Shown: positions 50,879-63,834 of the stretch, in pieces | How the letters are laid out: each line of letters begins with the position of its first letter | How positions within the stretch are numbered: position 1 is the first letter of the stretch | Assembly: GCA_030390025.1 (NCBI GenBank) | Contig: CM059432.1 | Coordinates: 102,674,001-102,738,000, forward strand | Direction of reading: 5' to 3' | Source of the DNA: Squalus acanthias | Lineage: Eukaryota | DNA length: 64,000 bases | Notes under the pieces: model-generated | What the model was told of the DNA's origin: nothing | Database searches by the model: none | What the model saw: the letters and a program-made list of their open reading frames with translations, nothing else | Program-made: the position numbers and the translations under genes

Positions 50879-51774
50879 GGGGGAGAAATTCAGTATCGCC
50901 CCATTTGGGACGCAATTATCGGCCGGGCGCAAAGATTAGCGCCTGGCGCTAATTATCGCCACCGACTGCAAACTTCACTTTTATCGCCCCTGGAGGTGAT
51001 TGGAGCACTAAATCAGGCGCTTCACACCTGTCTTAAGGCGCAAAGGCCGAGGAGCGAGGCGCTACCTCAGAGCGCTGGCGAAGCTCATGTAATGTCAGTC
51101 AGCAATGGAACACACACACAATGGCACAGGCCAGTTCTTAAAGGGGATGGTTAATCTTGCTTTCCATCCACATCCTGCTCATTGCAGCCTTGAATCTCGG
51201 CCTGGAGAGACCTGCACATCAAATCTGCTGGAAAGAACAATGGAGAGTACCAGGCAAAGAGCTCAGAGTGCAGCCCCACAGTCTCTTCTAAATCGATACA
51301 AGGAATGGCAAATCAAAATGAACCTGCAAAGTGCTGCTGAGTACCCAAAACTCCTTCACACAACGTTGACTCTCTCCAGAAGTCTCTCTCTCTCTCTCTC
51401 TCTCAGAATACGTAGTTCAAAAATGGCACCAACAATAAAAGGCAGGTAGCGGTAGCCTTTAAATAGCGCTCCCCCAGTCCCTTCCTGACTGCAAAACGCT
51501 CCCCTCAACCTGTCGTTGCTAGCGTCAGGCGGTAAGGCAGGGGGCGCCACTCAATATCCGCTCCGGGGCGATACCGGGGCGTTGCGCACTCGACTGACGT
51601 CACGATCTGCCGGCGCAGGAGATCGCGGCGGTAGTGTTTAGCGCTGCCGCAAAATGTCTAGTTAATTTCGCGAGCGGCGCAAACTTCGCCGCGCCTGGGC
51701 GCTAGATGCTTTGCGCCCCATTAGCGCCCTCTTAAGGCGCTAACAGGAGGCGCAACCAACTGAATTTTTCCCCC
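50879..51774. mobile_element. Non-autonomous Harbinger K (internal deletion derivative related to G)
   Basis: TIRs GGGGGAGAAATT / AATTTTTCCCCC, TSD CAA. Both ends are homologous to G, and the coding interior is deleted. Confidence 0.9.
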
Positions 51775-51917
51775 CAAAAGTCCAAACTCCATTTTGAAAC
51801 TCAGCCCAAGTGTGTCTCCATTTTAAAAGGGTACATATCCATTTTAAAAATCCAAAAATCCTTCAGGCACATGCACCCACTGATGTTGGCACCGGCCAAA
51901 TCTACACATTGACTCAC

Positions 51918-52150
51918 CCTGACCACCCGAGTGAGGTTGTTAAATTTCTTCCTGCACTGTGTGTGGGTCCTGGGGACCACAGTGCTGCCCGAGACATGCT
52001 GGGCTATCTCCCTCCACATGGTGCAGACGACTTGCAGTGAGGGCCTCTTGCCACTTGCAGGGTAGAGCACTGCCTTCTGTCTTTCCACTACGAATACCAA
52101 AGCCTCCAATACTTGATCGCAGAATCTGCGGGCTCTCTCCCTGGGGCATG
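51918..52150 (-). pseudogene. Myb/SANT exon 1 of Harbinger F
   Basis: PRERARRFCDQVLEALV...MWREIAQHV...RTHTQCRKKFNNLTRVVR, then a GTGAGT donor. Confidence 0.85.
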
Positions 52151-53507
52151 GATCTGCCATCATTATGGCTGCTTGAGTCATCCAACTCCTTCTCCTTGAC
52201 CAGCTGCTGCTGGCTGAGATGGCTGCACACCCAGCAATGATGAGAATGAGTTTCTGCACCATCAAGAACCTCCCCTTTAAGAACTGGAAAGAGCCTGTGG
52301 CAACAATGACGTGTGATTAGACCGCACCTGATATTGGTCAGCACTTCGAGCTTAATGCCACTGAGCTAGGCCATTAGCGCTTGATTTAGCGCTCCAATCC
52401 TTTCTTTGTGCAATGAGACTGAATTTTGTGTGCAGTCTGAAGCTTTAGCGCTTGGCGCTAATTCTCAAACTTTTCAAAAGTTAGCGTCATTTCCTGGGCT
52501 AGAATTTTTGACATGTGAGCTTTTCACTGACATTTCTCTTTGGATTTTTGTTAGCTGGATTTCTGATTGTTGGATTTTTTTTTGCTGCATTTTTGCATGC
52601 CTGAGAACAGTGAACAAAAACCGAGCAGCAATTTCCTGGCATGCTGTTACCATGTGGATAACTGAGCAGATAGAGTAATCTTGCATATCTTGGGAGGGAA
52701 AGATTACAGATATTTTGTCCAAGATTAAAACTAGTTCCTCAATAAATGAGATCACTCTAGCACATCAGTTTTCTCCCATGCAGAAACAGTAAGGCAGGAA
52801 ATTTATGCAAGGTTTTTGCTCACTGTTCTCAGATAAACCAGGCTTTGCTAAACATCAATATATGTAGTAAATATGGGGCTCGAGGGGTTAATTATTGGCG
52901 CCTTTCTGTGGCAAAAGTACAGCAGAGTGGGCACCAACAACCTTTGCTTCTGACTCCACCCAAGTCTCCAAGGTCCATGCAGGGTTACGTAATTTAAATG
53001 CCAGTGGTGGGCACCAACGCCAGTCTGTCCAGTAAACCTTTTTTAATAAGGTGGTCAAAGAGAATCTTGGTGCCAACATTCTAATAAAGTTAGAGTTAGG
53101 TCCAAGCCTAAACCCAAGGTGGGCACCATTTCCACTGCTGTGTAGACCTATGTGCCTGGATCATCCAGGTTGCTAGGCAATAGGGACCCTAGGGCTGAGG
53201 AAATACCTAGCGTGGGAATTCCCTTCCCTCGTATCCACTAACATCAGAGGTCATGTTTGAAGCAGATGGATATTTTTGTGAAAGTTAGAAGCCAGCGGGA
53301 TTCTGAGTGGAGACCTGACATTCCCGGTTCCCATCAGAATTCTCACTTCTATTGGGCCTTCTGTGCCAGACTTGTGCCCTAGGACTGTTGTTGGGGTTGT
53401 GCATTTTCAGCCCCAGGTGCTTCAATGCCAGTGTACTACTGCACATACCCCGTACCCAAAGTGTGAAGGAACATAAAGCTAGGGAAGTGCAGGAGATACT
53501 GGCCTTA

Positions 53508-53956
53508 GGAGAGATTGGGTCGACTAGGCCTGTATTCACTAAAGTTTCGAAGAATGAGAGGGGATCTCATTGAAACGTATAGAATTCTGACAGGGCTAGA
53601 CAGACTGGATGCAGGGAGGATGTTTTCCCTGGCTGGGGAGTCTAGAACGAGGGGTCACAGTCTCAGGATGCGGGGTAGGACATTTAGGACTGAGATGAGG
53701 ACAAATTTCTTCACTCAGAGGGTGGTGAACCTGTGGAATTCTCTACCACAGAAGGCTGTGGAGGCCAAATCACTGAATATATTTAAGAAGGAGGTAGATA
53801 GATTTCTAGACACAAAAGGCATCAAGGGTTATGGGGAGAGAGCGGGAATATGGTATTGAGATAGAGGATCAGCCATGATCATATTGAATGGCGGAGCAGG
53901 CTCGAAGGGCCGAATGGCCTACTCCTGCTCCTATTTTTCTATGTTTCTATGTTTCT
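53508..53956 (+). mobile_element. CR1-type LINE 3' fragment
   Basis: ORF 53515-53859 and a TTTCTATG tail. Confidence 0.9.
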
Positions 53957-54119
53957 AATATGGCCTTCCCAGAGCCCAAGTCATCGCCAGTGGTGTTCGT
54001 CCCTAACATTTACGAGACCATGCAGTATTGTGTAAATTATCATAAACTAAATGCCTTCACAATATCACAAGATAGTTATTCACGAGGAAAGCCGTTTAGC
54101 CTATCTAAATTCATCTATC

Positions 54120-55900
54120 TAGAAAGTCCTGTAATCTGCCCATAGCAACATCCAATTGATTCATAAATACTTCCAATTCACCTCCACTATTCCATCTGGA
54201 AGTCTATTGATCACTCCTTGTGAAGAAGAATTTCCTGATATTTGACCTAATGTTACCTTTTACTAGTTTACTGTGTATCCTTATCCTATTGTAAATTAAT
54301 TTAAAGTCATGTTCCAGATATACCTTTTCCATTTCATTGACCTTATATATATCTAGAAGATCACTTCTCAGATGCACCCTTTCCAGACTGTAAAGCCCAG
54401 ATTTCTCCAGTCTTTCCTCATAACTCAGACCCCTGAAACTAGGGGTCATCCTCAGTGCTTCTCTAGATTGCCTCTAGTGCTTCAGTGTTTTCCTTACGTC
54501 TTGCTGACCAGAACTGGACATAATACTGAAGGTGCAGTTTGACCAGAGCACTGTTCAGTTTGATCACCACTTCCTCTGACTTATATTCTATTGTTTTAGC
54601 TATGTAGTTCAACATTCTATTGGCTTTGTTAGTTGCTACTTGGCATTAGTTGGACATGTTTAATATTGAGTCTACCAGGACTCCTAAGTCTCTTTCAGCT
54701 TCATCCATAGCTACTTCAACACCATTCATGGAGTATATGTGACACTTACTTTTCCATCCTATGTGCAGTATTTGTCAGTTGTCTGCATTAAACCTCATCT
54801 ACCATTTATCTGCCAACATACTTATTTTGTCCAACTCATTCTGTAATTTCTGAGCTGCTTACTTCCATTCTCCTCCTAGTTTGGTATCATTTACAAATTT
54901 GACCATTCTGCATTGAGTTTCAAAATCCGGGTCATTTATGTAAATTAGAAATAGTAGTGGTCCCAATACCGAGCCTGAGGGCACCCTACTCAGTACTCCC
55001 CCCCACTCGATATAATTATTTTAATGATTACTTATCATTTTTTACTTTTAGCAAGTTTCTTACCTAATCCCAGGGTTTACCCTAAATTCTCAGAGCTCTG
55101 AGTTTAACTAATATCCTTTCATGTGGAACTTTGTTACGTGCCTTTTGGATTCTAGGTAAACTATATCATAGTACTTTCCACAGTTCCTTTGGGATGTCAC
55201 TTCCTCAAAGAAGTCAAGGGGGTTGGTCAGGCAGGATCTTCACCTCCTGAATCTGTAGTTGGCTACTGTTTACGAGGTTATTACTGTTCAGATTTACTTC
55301 TGATAATCAATTCCATTATTTTACACAGAATGGAAGTGAGAGTAATGGATCTGCAGTTTCTTACATCTGTTTAGTCCCCTTTTTTGAATATGGACACCAC
55401 ATTGGCCTGTTTCCAACCTACTGTTACCTTCCCAGTGTCCACTCACTCCCTCATAATGATTGTCAATGCCAAACAAAACTCTTCCCTGGTCTCATTCAAC
55501 ACTCAAGGTTAAAAACTATCTATCCCTGAGAATTTATTTGTTTTCAACCCTTTTAGCCTATCTGGGATTTCTATTTCATTTATATCAAAGTTATTGATTT
55601 TGCTTAGATTATCTCTTTGGAGAGGGCATGTTGCTCAAGTCATCCCTCGTGAATACTTGGAAGAAGTAATGATTCAAAATATTTAAAATTTGGGCTCATC
55701 CTCAGTTTCAAACCCGTTTGTATCTTTTATGGTTTTCACCTTGTCCCTGACTGTCCTCTTACTATTGTAGCACTGCAATAGCTTTTTAAACTCTTATGGT
55801 TAACCTCAGTGGCTTTATCCATGTCTCTCATTGCCTCTTAGATCACCCTTTTTAATGTGCTTTTATATTTTCTTATATTCATCTCAGAGTCTGACATCTA
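54120..55900 (-). mobile_element. Old, heavily decayed CR1 ORF2
   Basis: ORF 54204-54449 (LSYEERLEKSGLYSLE) and RT remnants upstream. Confidence 0.7.
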
Positions 55901-55959
55901 CTTAGTGTTTCAGATGGAAGAGATCCTGGTTAAACTAGGGAACACCAAATAACTGATGG

Positions 55960-56937
55960 CCAATGCCGTGAAGCTATAGCTGAAGTGAATAGGGTGCTAG
56001 GGTGTATTTACAGAACAATTCACTATAAAACAAAGCACAACATTTTGTCTTGTACAAGGCCTTGGTTAGGCCTCAGTTAGAATACTGTGTTCAGTTTTGG
56101 TCTCCTCACATGGTGGGTGATATTGAGACTTTGGAAAGGGTGCAGAGGAGGGTCACATGACTAAGTCCCAGTTCACCGCATCTTAGTTACCCAGATAGAC
56201 TCAAAGAGCTGGGTCACTATACTTTAGTTTTGGGGCAGGAGGGACCAGTACAAGGTGGATGTTAGATTCCACCTAAACAGTACTGGAACCAATGTTCTCG
56301 CGGGGAAGTTAAATAGTGCTGTGGGGGAAGGGTTTAAACTAATTTGGCTGGGGGAGGGGAACCAGGTTGAAACATCATAAGGAGAAACAAGGTGCATTTA
56401 GGACTGGGAGAGACAAACCGTATTAGAATAAAGAGTAGTTCAGAAATAGGAGGATCAGACAGCGGAGAAATGCAAAGCAGACTAAGGTGGGTTTGGACTG
56501 TGGTAAATAAGGCTGGTGACCTCCAGGCACAAGTTGCCACATGGGTTATGATAAACTGACAATAACAGACACCTGGCTGAAACAAGGGCAGGAATTGGAA
56601 CTTAACTTCCTGGCTACAATGTATTCAGGAGGGATAGGGAAGGAAATAAAGGAGAGGGGTGGGGCGGCGGGGGTGGGGGCTGGTGGCAGTATTGATCATA
56701 GACACTGTTACAGCCCTGGAAATGGATGATGTGCTAGAGGATTCAAAGACAGGATCTATTTGATTAGAGTTAAGGAGCAGAGTAGGAGCTGTTACGCTTT
56801 TGGTATATACTATAGGCCACCAAAGAGTGGGAAGGAGATGAAGGAGCAAATCTGCGCGCAAATTTCAGAAAGATGTAAAAATAATAGAGTATTGATAATG
56901 GGGGACTCCAACTATCCTAATATAGACTGGGGGAAAA
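55960..56937 (+). mobile_element. CR1 fragments (ORF2 C-terminus; ORF1 end and endonuclease start)
   Basis: [18 protein letters not shown] at about 56050, plus ITDTWL, GIYYRPP and IMGDSNYPNIDW. Confidence 0.75.
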
Positions 56938-58952
56938 ATCTGCTTTTTCCATTTTTCACATTTCTGTCGCAACTCCGGGCTTTACCTGGTGGTCACGGGG
57001 AGTGGCGAGAACAGGGACGGGTGGGAGGGAAATGGCTTGGGAACCTGGCCTCTGTCACCCATACCCCCCCGCCCCCCACCCTCCCCACACTGACATTTGC
57101 ATACAGTGGACGGGGAAGGAACAACCATTCTGGTTCATTTTAAGCACTTACATAGGACTAGAACTGGGGGCTGAGGGGCCAAGTCTGTATTGATTTTTGT
57201 CAGTAAACACTAACACGCTGACTGGACTACCAAAACGCTGAATGTTAGCATGAAACACTGGCGGTTGGCATATATGCTCCAAAGTGGTCGACTCCTCCTA
57301 CTTCTGCTGAATGTATCAATATTATGTAAAAGAACAGTTGCAGCAGAAAATTCAGGCATAAATCACTTTTCTGAAAGCATAGGTTTAAATAAATTCATTT
57401 TTCCAAGCAAAACAAATGAAGAGAAGACCAGATTTATGTTGTTCTCTCTCTCTGCTTTTTACAGTGTTGTACTTATGAATTGTCAAACAATGATTAGTTT
57501 ATTTAAAACAAACGTTGTTTTGCAGAGAAGTAGAACATGAAGCTATACAGACCGCTGCCAAGTGTAATAGCATTTTGATAAGATAGCAGAAGTCATGCTT
57601 TTCTAACAATAAATTAGGCAGAGTGGTCAGAAAAAGCTGGCAGGCATTGTGCCAATTCTTCTGTCACCCCCCACGCTTTGCTCTCGGCAGGAACAGCACA
57701 CTACAATTGTCCAGGCCCAGAGGTGCCGCTACTTTCTGTCCCAGGCCTTGCGCAGGAAAGCAGGGCAGGGAATAGGGGTGCAGGTAAGGTTGCTAACCCT
57801 GCTTGGACATATTCCTGGAGGTCCGATCACGTGCCGTCTGATCACATGACATCTGATCACATGACACCTGCCCAAAGTTTGCAACTGAATTGCATTTACC
57901 TTATGAAATGAGGCCACACATGCTAAAAACTTTCCTCCAACTGTTCCATCCGGGAGGAAAACCCTGCCCTTTGTTTCTCCGTGTCTGGAACTTTACCAAG
58001 CTGCCCGTCGCTTTTATCAGAAATCCCTATCCAGTGTTAGTCATTCAGTATACACGTGCTAGCAGAGTTGTATTAAGAATTCTGAGGGCATTGGGCATCA
58101 AGAACATTCGGGGCCCTCTGCACCCACCACACCATGTATTAAAACACCCCCTTATAAATCTACAGTGCTCTTTTCGGAGATTCACTCTGATCCCTCAGCT
58201 GCAAAGGGGTTTAAAACTAGAACTCTTCAAAATAAAGGTGCAAAATACGTTAATATATCCAATGAAGCATTAAACTTCTGAAGACTTGTGTCGAAACAGT
58301 CACATTAATTAAAAAACGTACATATTAAAATAATTCCCCAGGAATTATCTGACAACTCCAACACTAGTATATTTGGATTTCAAGATGCAACCTGCATTAA
58401 ATATTTATTTTCCGATATCTTTTGTAAACAGTTGTGTGAAAGGATTTTTGTCTTTTTCAACAAAATAACTTTCGAAAAGCAATGTGACTGGGTCTGGATG
58501 TTCTCAATAACTGAGTGACAGTCAGTTGATCCATTACCACACTCTCAAATCATGTGGCAAGTAAAACCAAGGCCAAATTATGTTTTGTTTATATATAAAA
58601 TGTGATTTAAAGGGTCAAGGCAGCCCATGTGTATGGGATCATGTCACTATAGAGTACAAACCTCATTCTTCACATAAAGCTCTCCCAACTATCAGAGCTA
58701 TCGGGAGAAGCAGAGCGGCAGATACCAGACAAGCACAGGGGAAAACTCAAACAGTGACGTCATAGTGAGCACAGAGCATGAAGCAGTGCGGGTAAGTTAC
58801 AGAGAAGTATTTAGTTCATTGGTTAGTGTTATTGGTAGTTAGTGTAAGTATTTAGTTTATTGGTTAGTGTTTTTAGTGGTTAGTTTTTTCTGTCGTTAGA
58901 GTTTTTTTTTAGTGTTAGCTAAACAGTTAAATAGCCTTAAAGCTAAAGCAAA

Positions 58953-61058
58953 AGGGCACAAAATTGGGCTCGGTATCGCCCGTTGTTTGGGCGCTATGGG
59001 TGCCATTTGGGGACAAAAATGGTGTCTGATGCACGCATGCACAATTCTGCCATGGACGCAATATTGGTGAAGGTATTAGCGCATGCACAGCATTCTGGGC
59101 GGCAACAGTCTGGGCTGGCTGGCTGACAGGCAACAGCAAGGGCACTGGTGGAGTGGCAGTGGTGGGAGGACGAATGCTGTCATCCTGTGAGAGGACAGCA
59201 GGTTCATGCTCCAAGAGCCACTGCCACTCCCCAGGCGCGGCGCCTCAGCAATCCTAGTAATCTGTTGGAGGCCAGATTGCTGGACTGCTGCGAGACCCTG
59301 GAAGCCCTTTTGAACACAGCCATGATGGCAGCAGTCTGAGCTTGCAAGGCAGCAAGCTGATCTTGCATGACAGCAGTCAGAGCTTCCACTACAGCACTCA
59401 GACCTTGGGTGGCTGCTGCTTATGCTGCAATGGAAGTTGTGACATCGGCCATCAGACACTGCATCATAGTTGGGTCCACAAGTGTGCCAACAGAGTTGGC
59501 CATCAATTCCATGCTGGAAAGGATGGGCTCCAAGCTCTGCGCAAAGCCCTGTGCCAAGTTGGTGCTGGACTCCGCCATGCTCCTTGACATTGCACGCAGG
59601 CTTTCTATCAGGCCTCCCAATACACCAAGCATTTTGTTGTGCATATCCATCAGCCTTCTTCTGTAGGCTGCCCCATCAAAGTCCACATCTGAGTCCTCTG
59701 TAGCAGAACCCGTGTGCGACTTCGCCCTCTGGCGAGCGAAAACCTGTGCCCTGGCTGCAGCCCACTCGTGCCCAGTGTCTTACCACGTGCAGATCCCGCC
59801 TCTAATCTATCTTCTAAGACACGTGCAGTGTCAGTATCTGAGCTGGTGGCTGTGAGCGTGAAATCAAGTAACGGTGCTGTGTCTTCATCATCACTCTCTT
59901 CTTCCTGTTCCTCCACTGCCTGGCCTGGTTGCACCTCTTGGGTATCTAAAGGAAAAAGGCACAAGAGTAAGGTTGTGGTGAGGGGAGGGGGGCAAGGTAA
60001 GAGGTGCATGCTTACACCATCTGCAACTTGTAAATCAGAAGTGATTGTGGGATGAGAGGAAAGTGGGATGTGAGAAAGAGGATTAGGTATGAGGATACCA
60101 TTGTCTTTGATGATTTCAGACCCGCCGCTGGCCACGGCCTCAGGAATGGCCGTTCCCATAATGGCCGTTCCCATAATGGCCAGCACCGTTTCCTCCATGA
60201 TGGTTAGGACATGCAGGCGCACCTGTCTTCCTATGGGTAGCCCCTGCTGCCTCCAGTTGTGCGCCACCTTGTCCTGCAAGAGAGAGGGAAGTGTGTCAGT
60301 GTGTGTGGTGAAATCTGTTTGGGTGATGTGGCTGTCATGGTTGAATAGTTGGCAGTGTGTGAAAGCTGTGAGATGTGGGTGTGAGGCTTGCAGCAGCGGT
60401 TAAGTGTGTGAGATTGAGGTGAAGCTATAAATGTTAGGTATGAGTTCTGATTGATAGAATTGTTGGTAGGTGAGTGATGGAGGTATGGTGCATTGCAGAG
60501 TGTCTGAGGTTTCGGTGCAGTTGTTGGGATATGGCATTTGAAGATGCATTCACTGACTTTGACCACTCGTGTGAGGTCATTGAACTTCTTGCAGCACTGC
60601 ATCCAGGTCCTCGGGACTAGACTCCTGGCATTGACCTCCACGGCTATCTGCTCCCACTGCCTTTTGAGTGTGTGTCTGGAGGGCCTCCTGGCCCCCGGCA
60701 GATACAGGACATCTCCCCTATGCTCCACCTCCTCCACCAAGGCCTCCAGTGCAGCGTCGAAAAACCTTGTTGCCCGCTGTCTCCTATGTTGTGCCATTCT
60801 TCACTTTTTTCCATGTCAGATTCACTTCCTGTACGACTGCCAGCACCTGCTCCAGCCACAATGCACCGCTCCTTTAACATGTGCAGGCTGGCTTTAGGCA
60901 ATGTTGGCTAGATTTAATTAGTCCTAGCAAGTATCGATTTTGGGCCCCCTGCTGATGCGTGCAGCCAATAAACAGCACAGTTAGCACTGGCTGCATGCAG
61001 AAATCATTATAATGAGCAGGCAACACGAAGTTGGCATGCCTGTTTTCGGGCGCTATCC
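58953..61058 (-). mobile_element. Decayed Harbinger L with a Myb/SANT pseudogene (exon 1 in 60231-60797); transposase absent
   Basis: RQRATRFFDAALEALVEEV...QWEQIAVEV...RTWMQCCKKFNDLTR. Exon 2 reads DKVAHNWRQQG, and the exon 3 remnants are similar to G. Confidence 0.8.
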
Positions 61059-61431
61059 ACATGCTAGTGAGTACAGAAACATGGAAGACAGCTCTGGTGA
61101 ATGCATGGTTGGACATGTGGTACAGGAGGGAGGGCTTCAGATTCCTGGGGCATTAGTAGCAGTTCTGGGCCAGGAGGGACCTGTACAAGCCTGACAGGTT
61201 GCACCTGAACAGGGCTGGGACAAATGTCCTTACGGGGAGGTTAACTAGTGCTGTAGGGGATGGTTTAAACTAATTTGGCTGGGGAAGGGGCACCAGCATG
61301 TAGCAGCAGAGAGGAGAGACAAGGTGCATAGAAAACTAGGAGGGACAAACAGCAACAGAACAAAGAATAGTGTAGAAAGAGCAGGAATTAGATGGAGGAA
61401 TAAAGCAAAGCCGGCTAGCATGGTAAGACGT

Positions 61432-61868
61432 GTAGACTTCCATTTTTATACAGCGCCTTTCACGACCACTGGATGTCTCAAAGTGCTTTACAGCCAATGA
61501 AGTACTTTTTGGAGTGTAATCACTGTTGTAATGTGGGAAACACGGCAGCCAATTTGCGTACAGCAAGCTCCCACAAACAGCAATGTGATAATGACCAGAT
61601 AATCTGTTTTTGTAATGTTGATCGAGGGATAAATATTGGCCAGGACACCGGGGATAATGCCCCTGCTCTTCTTTGAAATAGTGCCATGGGGTTTTTTACG
61701 TCCACCTAGAGAGAGCAGATAGGGCCTTGATTTAACGTCTCATCCAAAAGACGGCACCTCCGACAGTGCAGCGCTCCCTCAGCACTGTAAAGGAGTGTCA
61801 GCTGAGATTTATATGCTCAAGTCCCTGGAGTGGGACTTTGAACCCACAACCTTCTGAGCTACAGCTGA
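61432..61868 (-). mobile_element. Deu-domain SINE nested in the CR1
   Basis: Near-complete reverse complement of the SINE consensus seen elsewhere in the window. Confidence 0.8.
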
Positions 61869-63463
61869 TAGAAATGGTATTGGAATTCATGTGTGTTAAT
61901 CCAAGGAGTGTTACAAATAAGGTTGACGAGTTATAGGCGCAAGTTACCTCTTGGGGTTATGATATTGTGGCTATAACGGAGACCTGGCTTAAACATGAGT
62001 AGGATTGGGAAGTAAACATTCCTGACTACAATGTATTCAGGAGGGATAGGGAAGGAAAAAAAGACAGGAGGGGGGTGGCAGTACTGACCAAGGATAATAT
62101 TACAGTTCTGCAGAGGGACGATTTACTAGAGAGTTCAAGGACCGAATCTATTTGGTTAGAGTTAAGGAACAGAAAAGAAGCTGTTGCATTGCTGGGTGTT
62201 TATTATAGACCCCCAAATAGTAAGAAGGAGATAGAGAAGCAAATCTGTAGGCAAATTTCAAAGAAATGTAAAATTAATGGAGCAGTTGTGTAGGGGACTT
62301 CAATTATCCAAATACAGACTGGGGGGAAACATAGTAAAGGGCAAAGAGGGTGAAGCATTCCAAAAATATGTGCAAAACTTCCTTAATCATTATGTTTCTT
62401 GCCCAATGAGGAATGAGGCAGTGTTGGATTTAGTTCTGGTGAATGGAAGTAGGGCAAGTGAAGTGTGTTCCAGTGTGAGAACATCTGGGTAACAGTGATC
62501 ATAATATAATTAGGTTTCAAACAGTTATGGAAAGGGACAAAGAAAAATCAAAAGTTAAAATACCCAACTGGAAGAGAAACAATTTCAGTGATTTGAGAAG
62601 GGATCTAGCACAGGTGGACTGGAAACAAAGATTGGCCAGGAAGACAGTTAATTAGTAATGGCAGGCCTTGATGGCACAGACACTTCAGGTACAAACCAAG
62701 TATATTCCCATAAGGTGGAAAGATGGGGCATTCAAACCTAACGCTCCCTGGATGACAAAGGAAATAGAAGTTAAAATAAAAGAGAGAAAGGAGGTTTATG
62801 ACCAATGTCAGGTACAGAATATATTAGAAAACCAGGCCGAATACAGAGAGTGCAGGTGGAAATTGAAAAAGGATATAAGAAGGGCAAAGAGAGAATATGG
62901 GAAAAGATTAGAAGGTAACATAAAAGGGGACACTAAAATCTTTTATCAAAAATGATATTTAAAGGAATGGTGAGGCCGATTAGACACAAAAAGGAAATTT
63001 TCTTGTGTAGGCAGAGGGCATGGGCTGAGGTACTGAATGCATACTTTGCATCTGTCTTCACAAAGGAAGAGCATGAAGTTAATGTTGTAGTAGAGGAGGG
63101 AGGAGTACAGATATTGAATAGGATAAAAACAGATAGAAGGGAGGTGCTAAATAAGTTGGCATCACGCAAAGTTAACAAGTCACCCGGTCTAGATGGGATG
63201 CATCCTAGGTTGCTGAGGGAGGCTAGGGTGGAGATAGAAGAAGCTCTGACCACAAGCTTTCAAACCTCCTTGAATTTGGGAGTGGTGCCAGAGAACTGGA
63301 GGATTACAAATGATCAAAAAATGGGAGAGGGATAAACCTGGTAAATACAGGCCAATCAGTCTAACGTCAGTGGTGGGAAAACTACTTGGAGAAGCATGGG
63401 TTAATTTGGGACAGCCAAATTTGTTAAAGGCAAATCATGTCTGACAAACCTCATTGATTTCTT

Positions 63464-63834
63464 ACAAAAGCAAAATACTGTGGATGCTGGAAATCTGAAA
63501 TAAAAAGAGAAAATGCTGGAAATACTCAGCAGGTCAGGTAGCATCTGAGTCCAGAAGGCTGTAAAGTGCCTAATCTAAAGATGAGGTGCTGTTCCTTGAG
63601 CTTACGTTAAGCTTCGTTGGAACAGTGTAAGAGGCCAAGGACAGAGAGGTCAGAGTGGGAGTGGACCGATGAATTAAAATGGCAAAATTGAGTTCAAATC
63701 TGTTTAAAATCTATTACATCTCTAACTTTTTCCAGTTCTGACAAAAGGTCACTGACCTGAAACGTTAACTATGTTCTCTCTTCATAGATGCTGCCTGATC
63801 TGCTGAGTATTTTCAGCATTTTCTGTTTTTATTT
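63464..63834. mobile_element. Penelope-like insertion with inverted termini, a decayed hammerhead motif and a 14-bp TSD
   Basis: TSD CTCATTGATTTCTT at 63450-63463 and 63835-63848. AGTT-CTGACAA-AAGGTCACTGACCT-GAAACGTT-AACT at about 63734-63770. Confidence 0.8.

Larger units (their letters stand above)
21786..51906 (-). mobile_element. Retrovirus-like/Ty3-gypsy-group LTR retroelement (defective), with nested insertions and an internal tandem duplication
   Basis: Two homologous TG...CA LTRs, PBS, PPT, and gag-pro-RT-tether-RNaseH-IN order on the minus strand. Confidence 0.9.
45025..51906 (-). repeat. 5' LTR (45025-45999, 50515-50878, 51778-51906), interrupted by a solo LTR/Harbinger J and by Harbinger K; partial duplicate at 37269-38243
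   Basis: Homologous to the 3' LTR and adjacent to the PBS. Confidence 0.85.
19657..52510 (+). mobile_element. Harbinger element F (decayed), split by about 30 kb of nested insertions: left part 19657-21785, right part 51907-52510
   Basis: Left TIR GGGGGAAATTCAGTTGG matches the transposase-side TIR of 25071-29178. The transposase is on +, Myb exons 2-3 on - at about 21030-21566, and Myb exon 1 on - at about 51918-52150 with a GTGAGT donor. The right end is degenerate. Confidence 0.7.

Noticed and set aside
57820..57870. Short repeats TGATCAC(A/G)TG
   Set aside because: Only three short imperfect copies; not CRISPR-like and no supportable function.
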